Assembly: GCA_030754595.1 (NCBI GenBank)
Contig: JASLZZ010000056.1
Span: forward strand, 1-64,000
Source of the DNA: Nitrospinota bacterium
GTDB lineage: Bacteria; UBA8248
Length of the DNA stretch: 64,000 nt
Direction of reading: 5' to 3'
Part shown: positions 9,479 through 20,186 of the stretch, in pieces
How the letters are laid out: each line of letters begins with the position of its first letter
Position numbering within the stretch: position 1 is the stretch's first letter
Position numbers and translations under genes: made by a program
Notes under the pieces: model-generated
Told to the model about the DNA's origin: nothing
The model's input: only the letters and a program-made list of their open reading frames with translations
The model's database searches: none

Positions 9479-10288
9479 CTACCGCCTTCCGGGCGCCTTG
9501 GGCGGCTTGGCCGGCATCTCGAGAATCGGGACAACGTGATCGCCCGTGACCGTCCTTCCGCTCCGGCGGCGGCTGATCCCCCATCCCTTGAGGCGGAAGG
9601 TACGGCCCGGCCTCGTCTTCGGCGGGATTTCGACGTGGGCGGCCCCCCGCACCGTAAAAACCCGAACGGTTCCCCCGTCGACCAGACGAAACCGGGGGAC
9701 GCGGACCTCGCTGTGCACATTGAGCCCCCGCCGTTCGAGGGCGGGATGACGCGCCGAGGTCATCTTGAGGAAAAGATCCCCCGGCCTTCCTCCGGCGCCG
9801 CCGGGAGCCCCCTCGGCCGGGACGCGGACCTCCTCGCCATCCTCGATTCCGGAGGGGATGATGGCCCGGACGACCGCCCCCTCCCCGCCGCCGCAGCCCG
9901 GGCAGACGAAGGGGCGCTCAATCTGAACGCTCACCTCACCGCCGGCGGCGGCTTCGAGAAAATCCAACCGGATATCGTAATGAAGATCGCGTCCCCGCCG
10001 GGGGGGCTCGCCGGGATGATGGGAATCCCCGTCCGATGCCTCGGACCTCAGCGCTTCGTAGGCTTCGACGATCTCCTCGAAGCGCGCCTCCATCTCGGGC
10101 CGGCCCGCGTGCCGATCGGGGTGGAACTCGAACGTCAACCGCCGGTAGGCGTGGTGAATATCCTCAGCGACCGCGGCCGGAGAAAGGCCCAGAATATCGA
10201 GCGCCCATTCCCTGGAATCCCGCTTTCCTTCGGGAGATATTTTCCACCTCCGGGCGGCGCAAAAAGCGCCGCTCCTATCTTTGTCCAA
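9479..10288 (-). CDS. DnaJ/CbpA-like chaperone (J domain plus DnaJ C-terminal domain, zinc finger reduced)
   Basis: HPD motif (FHPDRH), RGRDL..DF.EAA.G and GRPGDL; only one CPGCGG remnant. Start uncertain. Confidence 0.75.
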   Translation of the reverse strand: MDKDRSGAFCAARRWKISPEGKRDSREWALDILGLSPAAVAEDIHHAYRRLTFEFHPDRHAGRPEMEARFEEIVEAYEALRSEASDGDSHHPGEPPRRGRDLHYDIRLDFLEAAAGGEVSVQIERPFVCPGCGGGEGAVVRAIIPSGIEDGEEVRVPAEGAPGGAGGRPGDLFLKMTSARHPALERRGLNVHSEVRVPRFRLVDGGTVRVFTVRGAAHVEIPPKTRPGRTFRLKGWGISRRRSGRTVTGDHVVPILEMPAKPPKAPGRR

Positions 10289-10366
10289 CTGGCGCGAAAC
10301 GCGCCGCTCCTATTTTTGTCTTTGAACCGCCGGAGAGCAAACCAGGGAGAATGACTTCACAGCGCC

Positions 10367-11242
10367 TCAGGGCGCGTTCGTCACGATCAGAACCACGCCG
10401 ATGAGCAGAGTGACGGCGCCCGTCCATTTTTGCCAGGTCAGGACTTCCTCGTCCCGGAGCCAGATTCGTGTAAAGACCAGTGCGAACAGCGGAGCGGCGT
10501 ATCCGATCGGAACGACAATCGAAACGGGTCCGAACTGAAACGCCGAGAAGAAAACGAGAAACGAGAACGAGTTCAGCAGGCCAGTGAGAATCATCATCTT
10601 GTATCCCCCGGTCTCGACCCGCCACCGCTCCTCCGGCGGGAGAAACGGCAGGAAAAGAAAAAAAGCGGGGATCGACGCGAGACTCGCGATGATGATGCCG
10701 ATCATGATGTCCGGCATCACCAGAAGCGAGTACCGCCGGGTGGTCGAAGCAAATGCCATGACCAGCGAATGCGCGAAGGGCAGGAGAAGGTGAATCCTTC
10801 GCCAGTCCTTGTCGCCCTCGGGCTTGAGCGCGATCAAAAAACACCCGGACACCACCAGCGCGGTCGCCCCGAAAATGACCGGAGCCGGCTGCTCGCCCAA
10901 CCAGACGACCGCCACGACAGTCGATATGAACGGCGTCACCGTAATCAGGGGCATCGCCCGTCCGACTCCGATATAGCGGATGCTCAGATAAACCAGGGGC
11001 CGGGCGAGGCCAGGCGCCAGAAAACCGGTCAGAGAAAACCAGAGGGCGGCCTCGAGGGTGAGTTTTTCCCAATCGGAGAGATAAAAGGACAAGGCCACCA
11101 TAAACGGAAGACCGACGATGACCGATATCAACGAGGCCGAGAAGGCGCTGCCCATGTTCATGGCCTTCCGGGCCATAACGCTGAACGCGCCGAACGTTGA
11201 TGCCGCACAAAGGGCCAATCCTATGGCGAAATAGGTATTCAA
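10367..11242 (-). CDS. EamA/DMT family transporter
   Basis: About 10 hydrophobic segments in two EamA repeats (TP...AVVWLGE; P.FA....WLRDE). Confidence 0.85.
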   Translation of the reverse strand: MNTYFAIGLALCAASTFGAFSVMARKAMNMGSAFSASLISVIVGLPFMVALSFYLSDWEKLTLEAALWFSLTGFLAPGLARPLVYLSIRYIGVGRAMPLITVTPFISTVVAVVWLGEQPAPVIFGATALVVSGCFLIALKPEGDKDWRRIHLLLPFAHSLVMAFASTTRRYSLLVMPDIMIGIIIASLASIPAFFLFLPFLPPEERWRVETGGYKMMILTGLLNSFSFLVFFSAFQFGPVSIVVPIGYAAPLFALVFTRIWLRDEEVLTWQKWTGAVTLLIGVVLIVTNAP

Positions 11243-11329
11243 TCTGGGCCTCGTCGGGTTTTGACAAAACTCCCGGACGGGCCTTGAGCGGCCCGCCCGG
11301 GAGGGTCGGAGCGATAATCGTGGAGTTTA

Positions 11330-12553
11330 TTAAAAGTAGGTTTGCCCGGGTCCCACCGTCGGAGTCCATTCGCAGTCGCCGAAGGGGCCCTCTCCGTTTT
11401 CCGTGATGTAGGCGATCCGGTCGTCATTCACATTTCCGTCGAACAAGGCGCGGTGGAGCCAATCCACGATGTATTGATGGTGGTCCAGGCCGGCCAGATT
11501 CTTCAGCTTCACCAGCGGGTGGAACTGATTCTCGAAGACCCACATTTCTTTCTTGCAGGTCAGATCCCCATATACCTCGATGGCGTCCTCGAGCGGGCAA
11601 AGCGGGTCGAACTCGCCCGTGGCGAGCAGCGTCGGGCACTGGACCTTGTCCATATATCCCTTGACCGTCATGTTTTTCGCCATCTCGTTGAACTCTTCCT
11701 CATCGTTCATCCCCGCCATGTACATGAAAACCTGCTTAAAGCGCGGAGACGACTGCGTGAAGATCGTGTTGTTCGGATAGAAGCAGGCCACCGCGCTCGC
11801 CAACGCCGCGATCCGGTGGTCGTAGCTCGCCAGGCGAAGCGACCAGAAACTTCCCATGCTGATTCCGTAGATGGCGATCTTCGAGGGCTCGATCTCCTCG
11901 CGGCCCAGAAGGTAATCGATGACCGCCGCCCCGGCGCGTTCGTAATTGTCCCCGACGGCGCGAATTTTTTGAATATTCGAATCCCCCTGGCCGGGGCCGT
12001 CCATAGCTATCACGTGAAAACCCCTTTCGGCGGCGACGTTGAGCCGCGCCCAGGGGAAAACCTCCTTGGACTGGTCCATTCCCGGAACGTAGATGATGCA
12101 CGGCGCCTTACGCCGGTCGGGAAGCAGGTGAAGAAGGCATGAGATCGACTTCCCGTCGTCGAAGGGGACCTGTACGCGCTCGATGGGATAGGAAGCGCAC
12201 TCCGAGCGGCGATCCACCATCTCGTTCATCTTGTCGCAGAGATAGATTTTCACGGGGTTGTCATCGTAGAAAATCGGGTGCTGCGCCATTCGGTAGGACT
12301 CGATGGCGTGGTCGTAGTGCTCGGTGGCCGTCTGAGGGAAACCTTCGGCCTGCGCCTTCTTGGCGAGTTTTTCGTGAAACTCGGCCGCCTCGCGCCAGAC
12401 CTTGGGGAGCATCTGATAGTTGTGGGCCCGCTTCCCTCCGGGGAGTTCGAGGTAGTCGCGCTCGAAGTTTTGAACGCGGCCGCGCATGTTAAGGGCCAGA
12501 TCGAGCATCCACTGTTGGTTGTCGCGTTCTGTTCTCAGCTTCTTGATTGTCAT
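11330..12553 (-). CDS. Alpha/beta hydrolase (FrsA / 2,6-dihydroxypseudooxynicotine hydrolase-like)
   Basis: PGMDQSKE, MDGPGQG, nucleophile elbow GISMG, GEFDPLCP and a C-terminal His. Confidence 0.8.
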   Translation of the reverse strand: MTIKKLRTERDNQQWMLDLALNMRGRVQNFERDYLELPGGKRAHNYQMLPKVWREAAEFHEKLAKKAQAEGFPQTATEHYDHAIESYRMAQHPIFYDDNPVKIYLCDKMNEMVDRRSECASYPIERVQVPFDDGKSISCLLHLLPDRRKAPCIIYVPGMDQSKEVFPWARLNVAAERGFHVIAMDGPGQGDSNIQKIRAVGDNYERAGAAVIDYLLGREEIEPSKIAIYGISMGSFWSLRLASYDHRIAALASAVACFYPNNTIFTQSSPRFKQVFMYMAGMNDEEEFNEMAKNMTVKGYMDKVQCPTLLATGEFDPLCPLEDAIEVYGDLTCKKEMWVFENQFHPLVKLKNLAGLDHHQYIVDWLHRALFDGNVNDDRIAYITENGEGPFGDCEWTPTVGPGQTYF

Positions 12554-12697
12554 TTTTTCTCCTTAATCGCATCGCCGGCAAATGGGCCGGAAATAAAATA
12601 AAAAACGATTCCTTTTCGACTAAAACTGATGGGGATCAGCTCAATGGTACGGCTACGCTTTTGAGAGATCAACGAAGACAGTGATTCGGCGAATGCT

Positions 12698-13867
12698 CTA
12701 AAAAACCACTTCGCTCTCGCGGAGGCCGGCGATTTCATCGGCGCCGTATCCCTCGCCGGAGAGGATTTCATCGGTGTGCTCGCCCAGCAGCGGCGGGGCC
12801 CCCTCCCGGGTGGAAGACGCCTCGAGGCGGTAGGGAGCGCCCATCATCCGCAGGGTCCCGAGCTCCGGGTGGACCGCCTGGGTCAAAAAACCCATGGCCC
12901 GCATCTGATCGTCCTCGAGCAGGGCCGAGGGCGGTCGCACCAACGCGCTGGGGACACCGACCTCCTCGAACAGCTCGATCCACTCGTCGGCGGGCTTGGT
13001 CAACAATACCTCCTGGACCTCGGCGATGATTCGCTCCCGTTCGGCGTGGCGCCCGAGGTGAGTCGCGTAGCGGGGATCGCGCTTCAGTTCCTCCAGGCCC
13101 AGAACATCCAGGCCCCGCTCCCAAAAACCATCGGCATCCAGATAAAGGTAGAATTGCCCGTCGGCCGAGTCGTAGATTCGCGCGATTCTATCGTTCAGGG
13201 CGTCCCGGACTTCATCGATCGGCTCGCGGTCCGAGGCCCAGACAAGCCGCCCGGCCTGCATGGCGGCGGCGCTCCCGAGCAGGGAGGTGTCAATATACTG
13301 GCCCCGGCCGGTGCGGTTGCGCTCGAAGAGGGCCATCATCACGGCCCCGATGGTCAAAGAGCCGGTGAAATAATCCACGAAGTGCCCCTGAACGAGGCGC
13401 GGCTCGCCATTTTCGGCCTGCTGGGAGGGGATGCCCGCGTGGGTCTGAAGAATGGGGTCAAGCCCGCGGCGTTCGCGGAGAGGGCCCTTCTGACCGTAGG
13501 CGGAGACCGAGGCATAGACCAGCCGCGGATTTTCGGCGGAAAGCGACTCGTAGCCGAGCCCGAGATTTTCGGCGACGCCGGGGCGGTTTCCCTCGATGAA
13601 GACATCCGCTCTTCTGGCCATACGCCGGACGATTTCCTGTCCCTGCTCCTTCTTGAGATCGATGGCCAGGCTTTGCTTGCCCCGGTTCAGGCCGAGGAAC
13701 AGGCGGCTGCCGCCCTCGAGCGTCGAGGGAAAGCGGCGAATCGTGTCGCCGCCGGGCGGCTCGATTTTCACCACGTCCGCTCCCGCGTCCGAGAGGGCGA
13801 GCGTGGCGAACGGTCCCGCCACATAGCGGGTCAAATCGAGAACGAGAATTCCCTCCAGTGCGCCCAC
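12698..13867 (-). CDS. Class III CoA-transferase (CaiB/BaiF family)
   Basis: LDLTRYVAGPFA, GADVVKIE, NRGKQS, NRPG, ENPRLVYAS, VDYFTG and PPLLGEHT motifs. Confidence 0.92.
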   Translation of the reverse strand: MGALEGILVLDLTRYVAGPFATLALSDAGADVVKIEPPGGDTIRRFPSTLEGGSRLFLGLNRGKQSLAIDLKKEQGQEIVRRMARRADVFIEGNRPGVAENLGLGYESLSAENPRLVYASVSAYGQKGPLRERRGLDPILQTHAGIPSQQAENGEPRLVQGHFVDYFTGSLTIGAVMMALFERNRTGRGQYIDTSLLGSAAAMQAGRLVWASDREPIDEVRDALNDRIARIYDSADGQFYLYLDADGFWERGLDVLGLEELKRDPRYATHLGRHAERERIIAEVQEVLLTKPADEWIELFEEVGVPSALVRPPSALLEDDQMRAMGFLTQAVHPELGTLRMMGAPYRLEASSTREGAPPLLGEHTDEILSGEGYGADEIAGLRESEVVF

Positions 13868-13882
13868 GGCGCCCCCTCCATA

Positions 13883-14857
13883 CTACACCTTCAGAACGAT
13901 CTTTCCCGGCACCTTGCCTGTTATCAAGACTTCATGGGCGCGGGCCGCCTCGGCAATCGGAATCACCTCGCCAACGAGCGGGCGGACCTTTCCGGTCTCC
14001 AGAAGATGGTTCACCTGCCGGAGCATGTCGGAGAACACCGAATCGGCGTTGAACAGGCTCATCCCGCGAACATCGATGTCCTTCGAGTAAAAAGGCGGGT
14101 AAGTGACCGAGCCGACCGGATTTTTCCCCGTCCCGGCGCCCAAGAGAACCAGTTTCCCCTCCTTTTTAAGGGCGCGGCAGCTTCCGTCGAAATTCTCGGC
14201 CGAAACCATCTCAATGACCGAATCAACCCCATTCCCGCCGGTCTCCGCCGCGCATCTTTCGGCAAAATCCTCCTCCCGGTAGTTCACGACGACATCCGCT
14301 CCCAGCGAGGAGGCGACATCGGCCTTCTCCTTCGAACTCACGGTCGTGATGACCCGGGCGCCGGCTGCTTTCGCGATCTGGATCGCCATCGAGCCCACGC
14401 CACCCGCTCCGGCGTGGACGAGAACCGTCTGTCCCGGCTGAACTCCGGCCTTGACGACGAGAGCGTAGAACGCGGTGTAGAGCACCACCGGGAACGAGGC
14501 GCAATCCTCGAACGAGAGGTTTGAGGGGATATGCGCTGTGCGGAGACCGTTCAACCCTGACCTTTCGGCGTAGCTCCCGGTCATCGCCGCGCCGAATACG
14601 CGGTCCCCCGGTTTGAAACCTTCGACGCCCGCGCCCACCTCGACGACCTCGCCGGCCGCGTCGATCCCAGGCGTCCAGGGGAGCTCGAGGGACTTTGATA
14701 GAGGATGGGCGCCCGAGCGGAATGTCGTGTCCACAGGGTTCACTCCGGCCGCCCGCACTTCGATGAGCACCTGGCCCGGCCCGGTCGAAAGGTCCTCGGC
14801 TTCCTCGTATTTCATCACCTCCGGGCCGCCAAATTCGTGAACATGTATCGCTTTCAT
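13883..14857 (-). CDS. NADPH:quinone oxidoreductase (zeta-crystallin-like), third copy
   Basis: FGGPEV, AGVNPVD, AGAGGVG and GKIVL motifs; 324 aa. Confidence 0.88.
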   Translation of the reverse strand: MKAIHVHEFGGPEVMKYEEAEDLSTGPGQVLIEVRAAGVNPVDTTFRSGAHPLSKSLELPWTPGIDAAGEVVEVGAGVEGFKPGDRVFGAAMTGSYAERSGLNGLRTAHIPSNLSFEDCASFPVVLYTAFYALVVKAGVQPGQTVLVHAGAGGVGSMAIQIAKAAGARVITTVSSKEKADVASSLGADVVVNYREEDFAERCAAETGGNGVDSVIEMVSAENFDGSCRALKKEGKLVLLGAGTGKNPVGSVTYPPFYSKDIDVRGMSLFNADSVFSDMLRQVNHLLETGKVRPLVGEVIPIAEAARAHEVLITGKVPGKIVLKV

Positions 14858-15080
14858 TGAGCCTCCCTCCCGGAATCGCCCCTTCTGCGGCGGGCGCTTC
14901 GAAAATAGATTAAAACTCCAATAATGGGGCCGGTTCCGGACAAGCGGAATACGAAGCCCCCGGCCCGCCGTGATTTCGTGAATCGAGATACCCCCCTTAC
15001 CACAATCCGGCGGGGGGTGCCCAGCCGCGTAAAGGGGTGGGCGCGATCATTTCGCCTCAAAGCGGGATCAAAAGTCTATC

Positions 15081-15108
15081 TTGACATTCATTTCGAGGAA
15101 GGGATAAT
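15081..15108 (+). promoter_or_regulatory. Putative sigma70 promoter of the TRAP operon
   Basis: TTGACA (15081-15086), 16 bp spacer, GATAAT (15103-15108). Confidence 0.5.
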
Positions 15109-15299
15109 AGCTCCAATAATTGGAAATGGAATAAGAAAGAAATTGCCCTCTGGAATTTTCGGGGTCAAAGCAGTTGTTTTTTTTACGAAATTCATCACCC
15201 CTCGTTCCGGTTCACACAGCGCCGGCTGCCCGCCTTCATGAGTCCAGAGTGCGGTGCACGACGGCATGGATGTAAATCTCTCTCCAGGAGGATTGTCTG

Positions 15300-16322
15300 A
15301 TGAAGAAAAAACTATCTTTGATTGTTGTCGCCGCGGCCGCCGTCGCCCTCGTTGCAAGCTCGGCCCCGGCCGCCGAGCGCGAGCGCTACCGTTTTGGCGG
15401 CGGCCCCTCGGGCGGCTCCTGGCACCCCGCCACGAGCGCGGGCACCCAGCTGCTCAACAGAAAGATCGGCAAAAAGTTCTACTTCCAGTACTCCCCGTCG
15501 GCAGGCTCGGTGGCCAACGTCCGCCGGGTGAGCCTGGGCGAGTTCGCCACCGCCTGGGGTCATATCGGCCAGGTCTACCAGTCCTGGACCGGCACCGGCC
15601 TCTTCAAGAAAGACGGCGCGAGCAAAAACTTCCGCGTCGTCGCCAACGTCCGTGCCCAGTCGCAGATCATTGCCGTTCTCGCCGACAGCCCGATCAAATC
15701 CTACTCCGATATGAAGGGCAAGGTCGTGAGTCTGCTCAAGCAGGGGACGGGAAGCCACGTTAACTGCCGGAACATCTTCGACACCCTCGGGCTGTACAAT
15801 ATCAAGAACCCCAAAAAATCGAAGATCATACCGCGCTACCTGGGATTCACCGCCGCGGGCCGCGCCCTGGGCGACCGACAGATCGACGTGTACTGCTCGG
15901 CCGGCTCCCCCTTCACCATTCCGGCGCTCACTCGGCTTTCAATTAGCAAGCCGGTGCGCTACATCAGCTTTACCGAGGCGGAGCAAAAGAAAGTCACGGG
16001 CAACTTCAAGTTCTACGTACCCAAGACCATCCCCGTTCAAAAAGAAGTCAAAGGCATGAACGCGCCCGCCCGATCCATCGCGTATGACGTCTGGTGGATC
16101 GCGCACAAGCAGATGTCCAACGGAGCCGTCTATAACATGCTCAAGGTTATCGCAGACCCCAAGAACCTCAAGCAGCTTACGAAGACTGCCAAGTACTGGC
16201 GCGACCTGAGCGGCAACTTCTCCGCTCTCAAACAGCACGGGATCAAGGTGCATCCCGCCGCCGCCCGCTACTGGAAAGAGCGCGGCGCGGACGTGCCCGG
16301 CGGAGTCGTAGAAGGATACTAG
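15300..16322 (+). CDS. TAXI-family TRAP transporter solute-binding protein
   Basis: Signal peptide; GGGPSGGSW, SAGSVAN, DMKGKVVS and HPAAARYWKE motifs; AGGAGG RBS. Confidence 0.88.
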   Translation: MKKKLSLIVVAAAAVALVASSAPAAERERYRFGGGPSGGSWHPATSAGTQLLNRKIGKKFYFQYSPSAGSVANVRRVSLGEFATAWGHIGQVYQSWTGTGLFKKDGASKNFRVVANVRAQSQIIAVLADSPIKSYSDMKGKVVSLLKQGTGSHVNCRNIFDTLGLYNIKNPKKSKIIPRYLGFTAAGRALGDRQIDVYCSAGSPFTIPALTRLSISKPVRYISFTEAEQKKVTGNFKFYVPKTIPVQKEVKGMNAPARSIAYDVWWIAHKQMSNGAVYNMLKVIADPKNLKQLTKTAKYWRDLSGNFSALKQHGIKVHPAAARYWKERGADVPGGVVEGY

Positions 16323-16468
16323 GAATCTCTTCCGGCGCCGGCCGTACAATAGACCGCCGGCGACAGGGGGTCGGCATTCGGGCAGGGGGGCGAGGTCATC
16401 TCGCTCCCCTGCATCCCCCCCCTGAATTATTCGCCTCTTGACCTGTAAACGCCCTCCGAAGGGGAACC

Positions 16469-18976
16469 ATGCTCCAAAATATTATCTCTTTCCTCATCAA
16501 GCTCGGCCTCGTCGCCGAAAGCATGATCAAGCCCCGCGAGTTAACGGGGCCGGCTCGCATGGTCGTCGCTGTCATCGCGGTCTGCTTCTCTTATTTCTTC
16601 ATTCATATCTCTTTTTTCGGCCCGCCCATATCGGAATATTTCAAAGGCACCTATATTCTGTGCACCGCGGCGCTATGCGTGATGGTCTACAAGGGCCGTC
16701 AAACCTCGATTCGGGAGAACTTCTCGTGGCTGGATGAGATTTTTCTTTTCCTCACCCATATGCTGATGTGCGCCGTCTATCTCCTCTGGGCCTACTGGAC
16801 GCTCGCCGGCCGGACATATCTCTGGAACGACTTCACCGGGGGCGCGGCGGCGGTGGCGGCCTTGCTGGGAGCGATCCTCGGGGCGGTTCTCTACTGGAGA
16901 GAGGCTACCATGGAGGAAATCCCCGAGAAGCCCCTGATATCGGATTGGCTTTATCTGGGCGCGGGTATCGCTCCCATCGTCTGGTGGGTAATCAGTAATG
17001 TCGAGCTGGTCGAACGGGTCGGCGGCCCGGTGCCCACGTCGGTGGTGATTTTCTCCGGCCTGCTGGCGGCCGTGAGCTTCGAGATCGCCCGTCGCGTGGT
17101 GGGCCCGGTCATCCCCCTCATCGGCTTTTTCTTTCTCATATACACCTTCAAACCCATCGCCCAGTTGCCATCAACCGCGAGCATTTTCTATCACGACGGC
17201 TTCGGGCTGGGCCGGGTGGCCGAGTTCCTCATGCTCGAGGCCGACGGCATGACCGGCCTCATCGTCGAGGTGTTCGCCACCTATATCGTCATCTTCGTCG
17301 TGCTGGGGGCGTTTCTCGAAAAAACCGGGCTCGGCGCCATCCTCATCGACACGACATTCCGCCTCACCGGCCACAAAACCGGGGGGCCCGGGCTAACCGC
17401 CGTCATATCGAGCGGGCTCTTCGGAATGATTTCGGGCAGCGGCGTCGCCAACGTCGTGACGACGGGCACCTTCACCATTCCGCTCATGAAGCGCGTGGGC
17501 TACCGCTCTGAATTCGCCGGCGCGGTCGAGGCCGCCGCCTCGACGGGGGGCGCCTACATGCCTCCGATCATGGCCGGCGGCGCCTTCCTGATCGCCCAGC
17601 TGACCGAGACCAGCTATTTCCATATTATCAAGGTCGCAGCCCTTCCGGCGATTCTCTACTATCTCTCGGTCGGCTATATGGTATATCTCCGCGCGGTGAG
17701 GCGCGGCCTGCTCGGAGTTCCCACCGACGAACTTCCCCCGTGGCCGAAAATCCTGCCGCGCATTCATTTCCTCCTGCCAATCCCCTTCATGATCTACTAC
17801 CTCATGATCGGCGATTCGGCGTTTCTCGCGGCGTTCAAGACCATCTGTCTGATCATCATGCTCAAGAGCGCCGACATGCTCAACGAAATCCGGACGCCCT
17901 GGTCCGATCGAACCTGGCGGCCTTTCCTGGGCCTCTCTCTTTTGTTCGGGGTCTTCGCCTACTACCTGGGGCTGAGGGTGGGCGCGCCGTTCTCGTGGTT
18001 CGCCGACACTCTGCGCGGCCTCAATATGGGGGACGGTCTTTTCTGGGTCGTGGCGCTCTACCTCTTCCTGAAAATAGGCGAAATCCTCGCGGCGGGATTC
18101 ACCGTCCCCGAAATTTCTCCCCGGCCGGCGAACCCTGGTGAAAACGAAGATATCGCCCCTGCCACGGGAAGCGAGCTTTTCACCCGCCTGGGAAAAACAT
18201 TCACCGAGTTGGTCAAAGTGATCTGGATTTCCCTCGAAGCGGGGGCGAAGAACACGCTTGTGGTCGGTTGCATCGCCGGCGTGCTCGGAATCCTCCTCTC
18301 CTGCGCCACACAGAGCGATCTGTCGGGACGGATTTCCATCGTGCTCACCGAATTCAGCTTCGGCCTTTTACCGCTTACTATCTTTTGGGTCATCGTGGCC
18401 GGCTATGTCGTGGGCATGGGGTTGCCCATCACGGCAAGCTATGTCGTCCTCGTTATCTTCGGGGTCATCGCCCTGACGAACCTGGGCGTCCCCACACTGA
18501 CGGCGCACCTCATCTGCTTCTGGGTAGCCGTCGTCAGCGCCGTGACGCCGCCTGTCGCCCTGGCCGCCTATGCGGCGAGCGCCATCGCCACCTCCGATCC
18601 GCTAAAAACCGGATTCCAGGCGTTGAAGCTCGCCTCCTGGCTCTTCGTCATGCCCTTTCTTTTTGTATACACACCGATTCTCCTTACCGGCACCTCAACC
18701 GAGGTCACCATCACTTTCATTGCCTGTCTGTTTGGGATCGTGGGCTGGGCGGGATGGCTAGAGGGCTTTCTCATTAAAACAACCATGGGTCCGGAGCGAG
18801 CTTTACTTTTCCTCTCTTCGATTTGTCTGCTCCTGCCCGTTGAACGATTCTTTTTATTTACTTTTTCGATGGAAGGAGATTACCATTATCCGACATATGT
18901 CTTAGGCGTCCTCCTTCTGGGAGCCTCCTTCCTCATACAGCGAGGGCGAACGGAAGCTACCCCTCGGGCGGCATAA
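16469..18976 (+). CDS. TRAP transporter fused permease (TAXI-type 4TM/12TM fusion)
   Basis: GGPG, SGSGVANVVTTGTFTIP, EAAASTGG..MPPIM, GMGLP and TPPVALAAYAA motifs. Confidence 0.92.
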   Translation: MLQNIISFLIKLGLVAESMIKPRELTGPARMVVAVIAVCFSYFFIHISFFGPPISEYFKGTYILCTAALCVMVYKGRQTSIRENFSWLDEIFLFLTHMLMCAVYLLWAYWTLAGRTYLWNDFTGGAAAVAALLGAILGAVLYWREATMEEIPEKPLISDWLYLGAGIAPIVWWVISNVELVERVGGPVPTSVVIFSGLLAAVSFEIARRVVGPVIPLIGFFFLIYTFKPIAQLPSTASIFYHDGFGLGRVAEFLMLEADGMTGLIVEVFATYIVIFVVLGAFLEKTGLGAILIDTTFRLTGHKTGGPGLTAVISSGLFGMISGSGVANVVTTGTFTIPLMKRVGYRSEFAGAVEAAASTGGAYMPPIMAGGAFLIAQLTETSYFHIIKVAALPAILYYLSVGYMVYLRAVRRGLLGVPTDELPPWPKILPRIHFLLPIPFMIYYLMIGDSAFLAAFKTICLIIMLKSADMLNEIRTPWSDRTWRPFLGLSLLFGVFAYYLGLRVGAPFSWFADTLRGLNMGDGLFWVVALYLFLKIGEILAAGFTVPEISPRPANPGENEDIAPATGSELFTRLGKTFTELVKVIWISLEAGAKNTLVVGCIAGVLGILLSCATQSDLSGRISIVLTEFSFGLLPLTIFWVIVAGYVVGMGLPITASYVVLVIFGVIALTNLGVPTLTAHLICFWVAVVSAVTPPVALAAYAASAIATSDPLKTGFQALKLASWLFVMPFLFVYTPILLTGTSTEVTITFIACLFGIVGWAGWLEGFLIKTTMGPERALLFLSSICLLLPVERFFLFTFSMEGDYHYPTYVLGVLLLGASFLIQRGRTEATPRAA

Positions 18977-19187
18977 CCGCTCATCAGGAGACGCCATGAG
19001 TCCGGTGCCTCTTCCCTTTCGAAGAGTCCAGCACATCGCGGCTTCAAGGTCCGCGTCGAGCGGGATGGGTCTGCGCACGATTCGGCGGACCCGTCCTCCC
19101 CCTCGGAAACCGGGCGTTCCAATCATGGCCGATGCACACGAGAAGTCCGGAAACAAGAAACCCGCCTCAGATAATGGAGCTTAGCGA

Positions 19188-20144
19188 ATGACCTACCGGG
19201 TAGTTGCGGTCGATCCCAGATGGAAAGACGCGGGGCGTCAACAATTTCTCACCGACCATCTGGCCGAAGGATATGAACTTGTCGTTCCAAAAGATTTCGA
19301 GATGGCCGCCATGCGTAAGGAACTTGAAACAGCCAGTGCTCTCGTCACCGGCCTCGGCGACATCACGGCCGAGACGATGGAGGCCGCACCCAATTTGCGT
19401 GTGGTCGGCAAGGCGGGAACGGGGGTGGACTCCATCGACGTGGCCACCGCGACGGCAATGAAAATACCGGTCGCCCACGCCCCCGGCTGGATGCGCGCCA
19501 CGCCCGTGGCCGAACACGCCTTGACCCTGATGATAATGCTCTCCCGGAAGCCCTGGCTCTGGCGCGGGGAGAAAAGGCCTCCTCTTCATATTCAGATGTC
19601 CGGCGCATCGGCCGGAATCGTCGGCCTCGGCAATATCGGTCAGCGTATCGCCGCGCGCTGCGCCGCATTCGACATGAACGTCCTCGCCTACACGCGGACG
19701 CGCGGCAAATTCAAGCCCGAAGGATTCTCGGTAGAGGAAACCGGCACTCTCGAGGAACTCCTCGCCCGGGCGGACTACGTGATCCTCTCCCTCCCGCTAA
19801 ACGGCGAAACCCGGGGACTGATCGGAGCCAAAGAGTTCGCTCTGATGAAACCCTCCGCGTTTCTCATCAACGTTTCCCGGGGCGGTCACGTCGTAACGGA
19901 CGATCTTGTCGTCGCGATCGGAGAGGGAAATGTCGCAGGGGCCGGCCTCGATGTAATCGAACCCGATCCGACTCCTGACGACCACCCGATTTTCTCACTG
20001 GACAATGTTGTGATATCGCCTCACTGCGCCGCGCAGACCGAAAGCACCCAGCGGGAGAGCTACGCCCTTCTCGCAGAGAGCATCCGCCTCGCGGTGGAAG
20101 GAAAGCGCGTCGAGTCGCTCGTCAATCCAGAAATTTACGACTGA
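19188..20144 (+). CDS. D-isomer-specific 2-hydroxyacid dehydrogenase
   Basis: GTGVDSID, VAEHA, GLGNIG, INVSRG, AGLDV and SPH motifs. Confidence 0.9.
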   Translation: MTYRVVAVDPRWKDAGRQQFLTDHLAEGYELVVPKDFEMAAMRKELETASALVTGLGDITAETMEAAPNLRVVGKAGTGVDSIDVATATAMKIPVAHAPGWMRATPVAEHALTLMIMLSRKPWLWRGEKRPPLHIQMSGASAGIVGLGNIGQRIAARCAAFDMNVLAYTRTRGKFKPEGFSVEETGTLEELLARADYVILSLPLNGETRGLIGAKEFALMKPSAFLINVSRGGHVVTDDLVVAIGEGNVAGAGLDVIEPDPTPDDHPIFSLDNVVISPHCAAQTESTQRESYALLAESIRLAVEGKRVESLVNPEIYD

Positions 20145-20186
20145 ACGGCAGGGAACCCGCCGAAGACGCCCTTGGAGTGAACCCAG

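Noticed and set aside
12776..14524. 582 aa + strand ORF (likewise 21172-22608, 27050-28465, 53448-54767, 58443-59609 and similar)
   Set aside because: Antisense shadows of well-supported genes, expected in high-GC DNA; no recognisable motifs.
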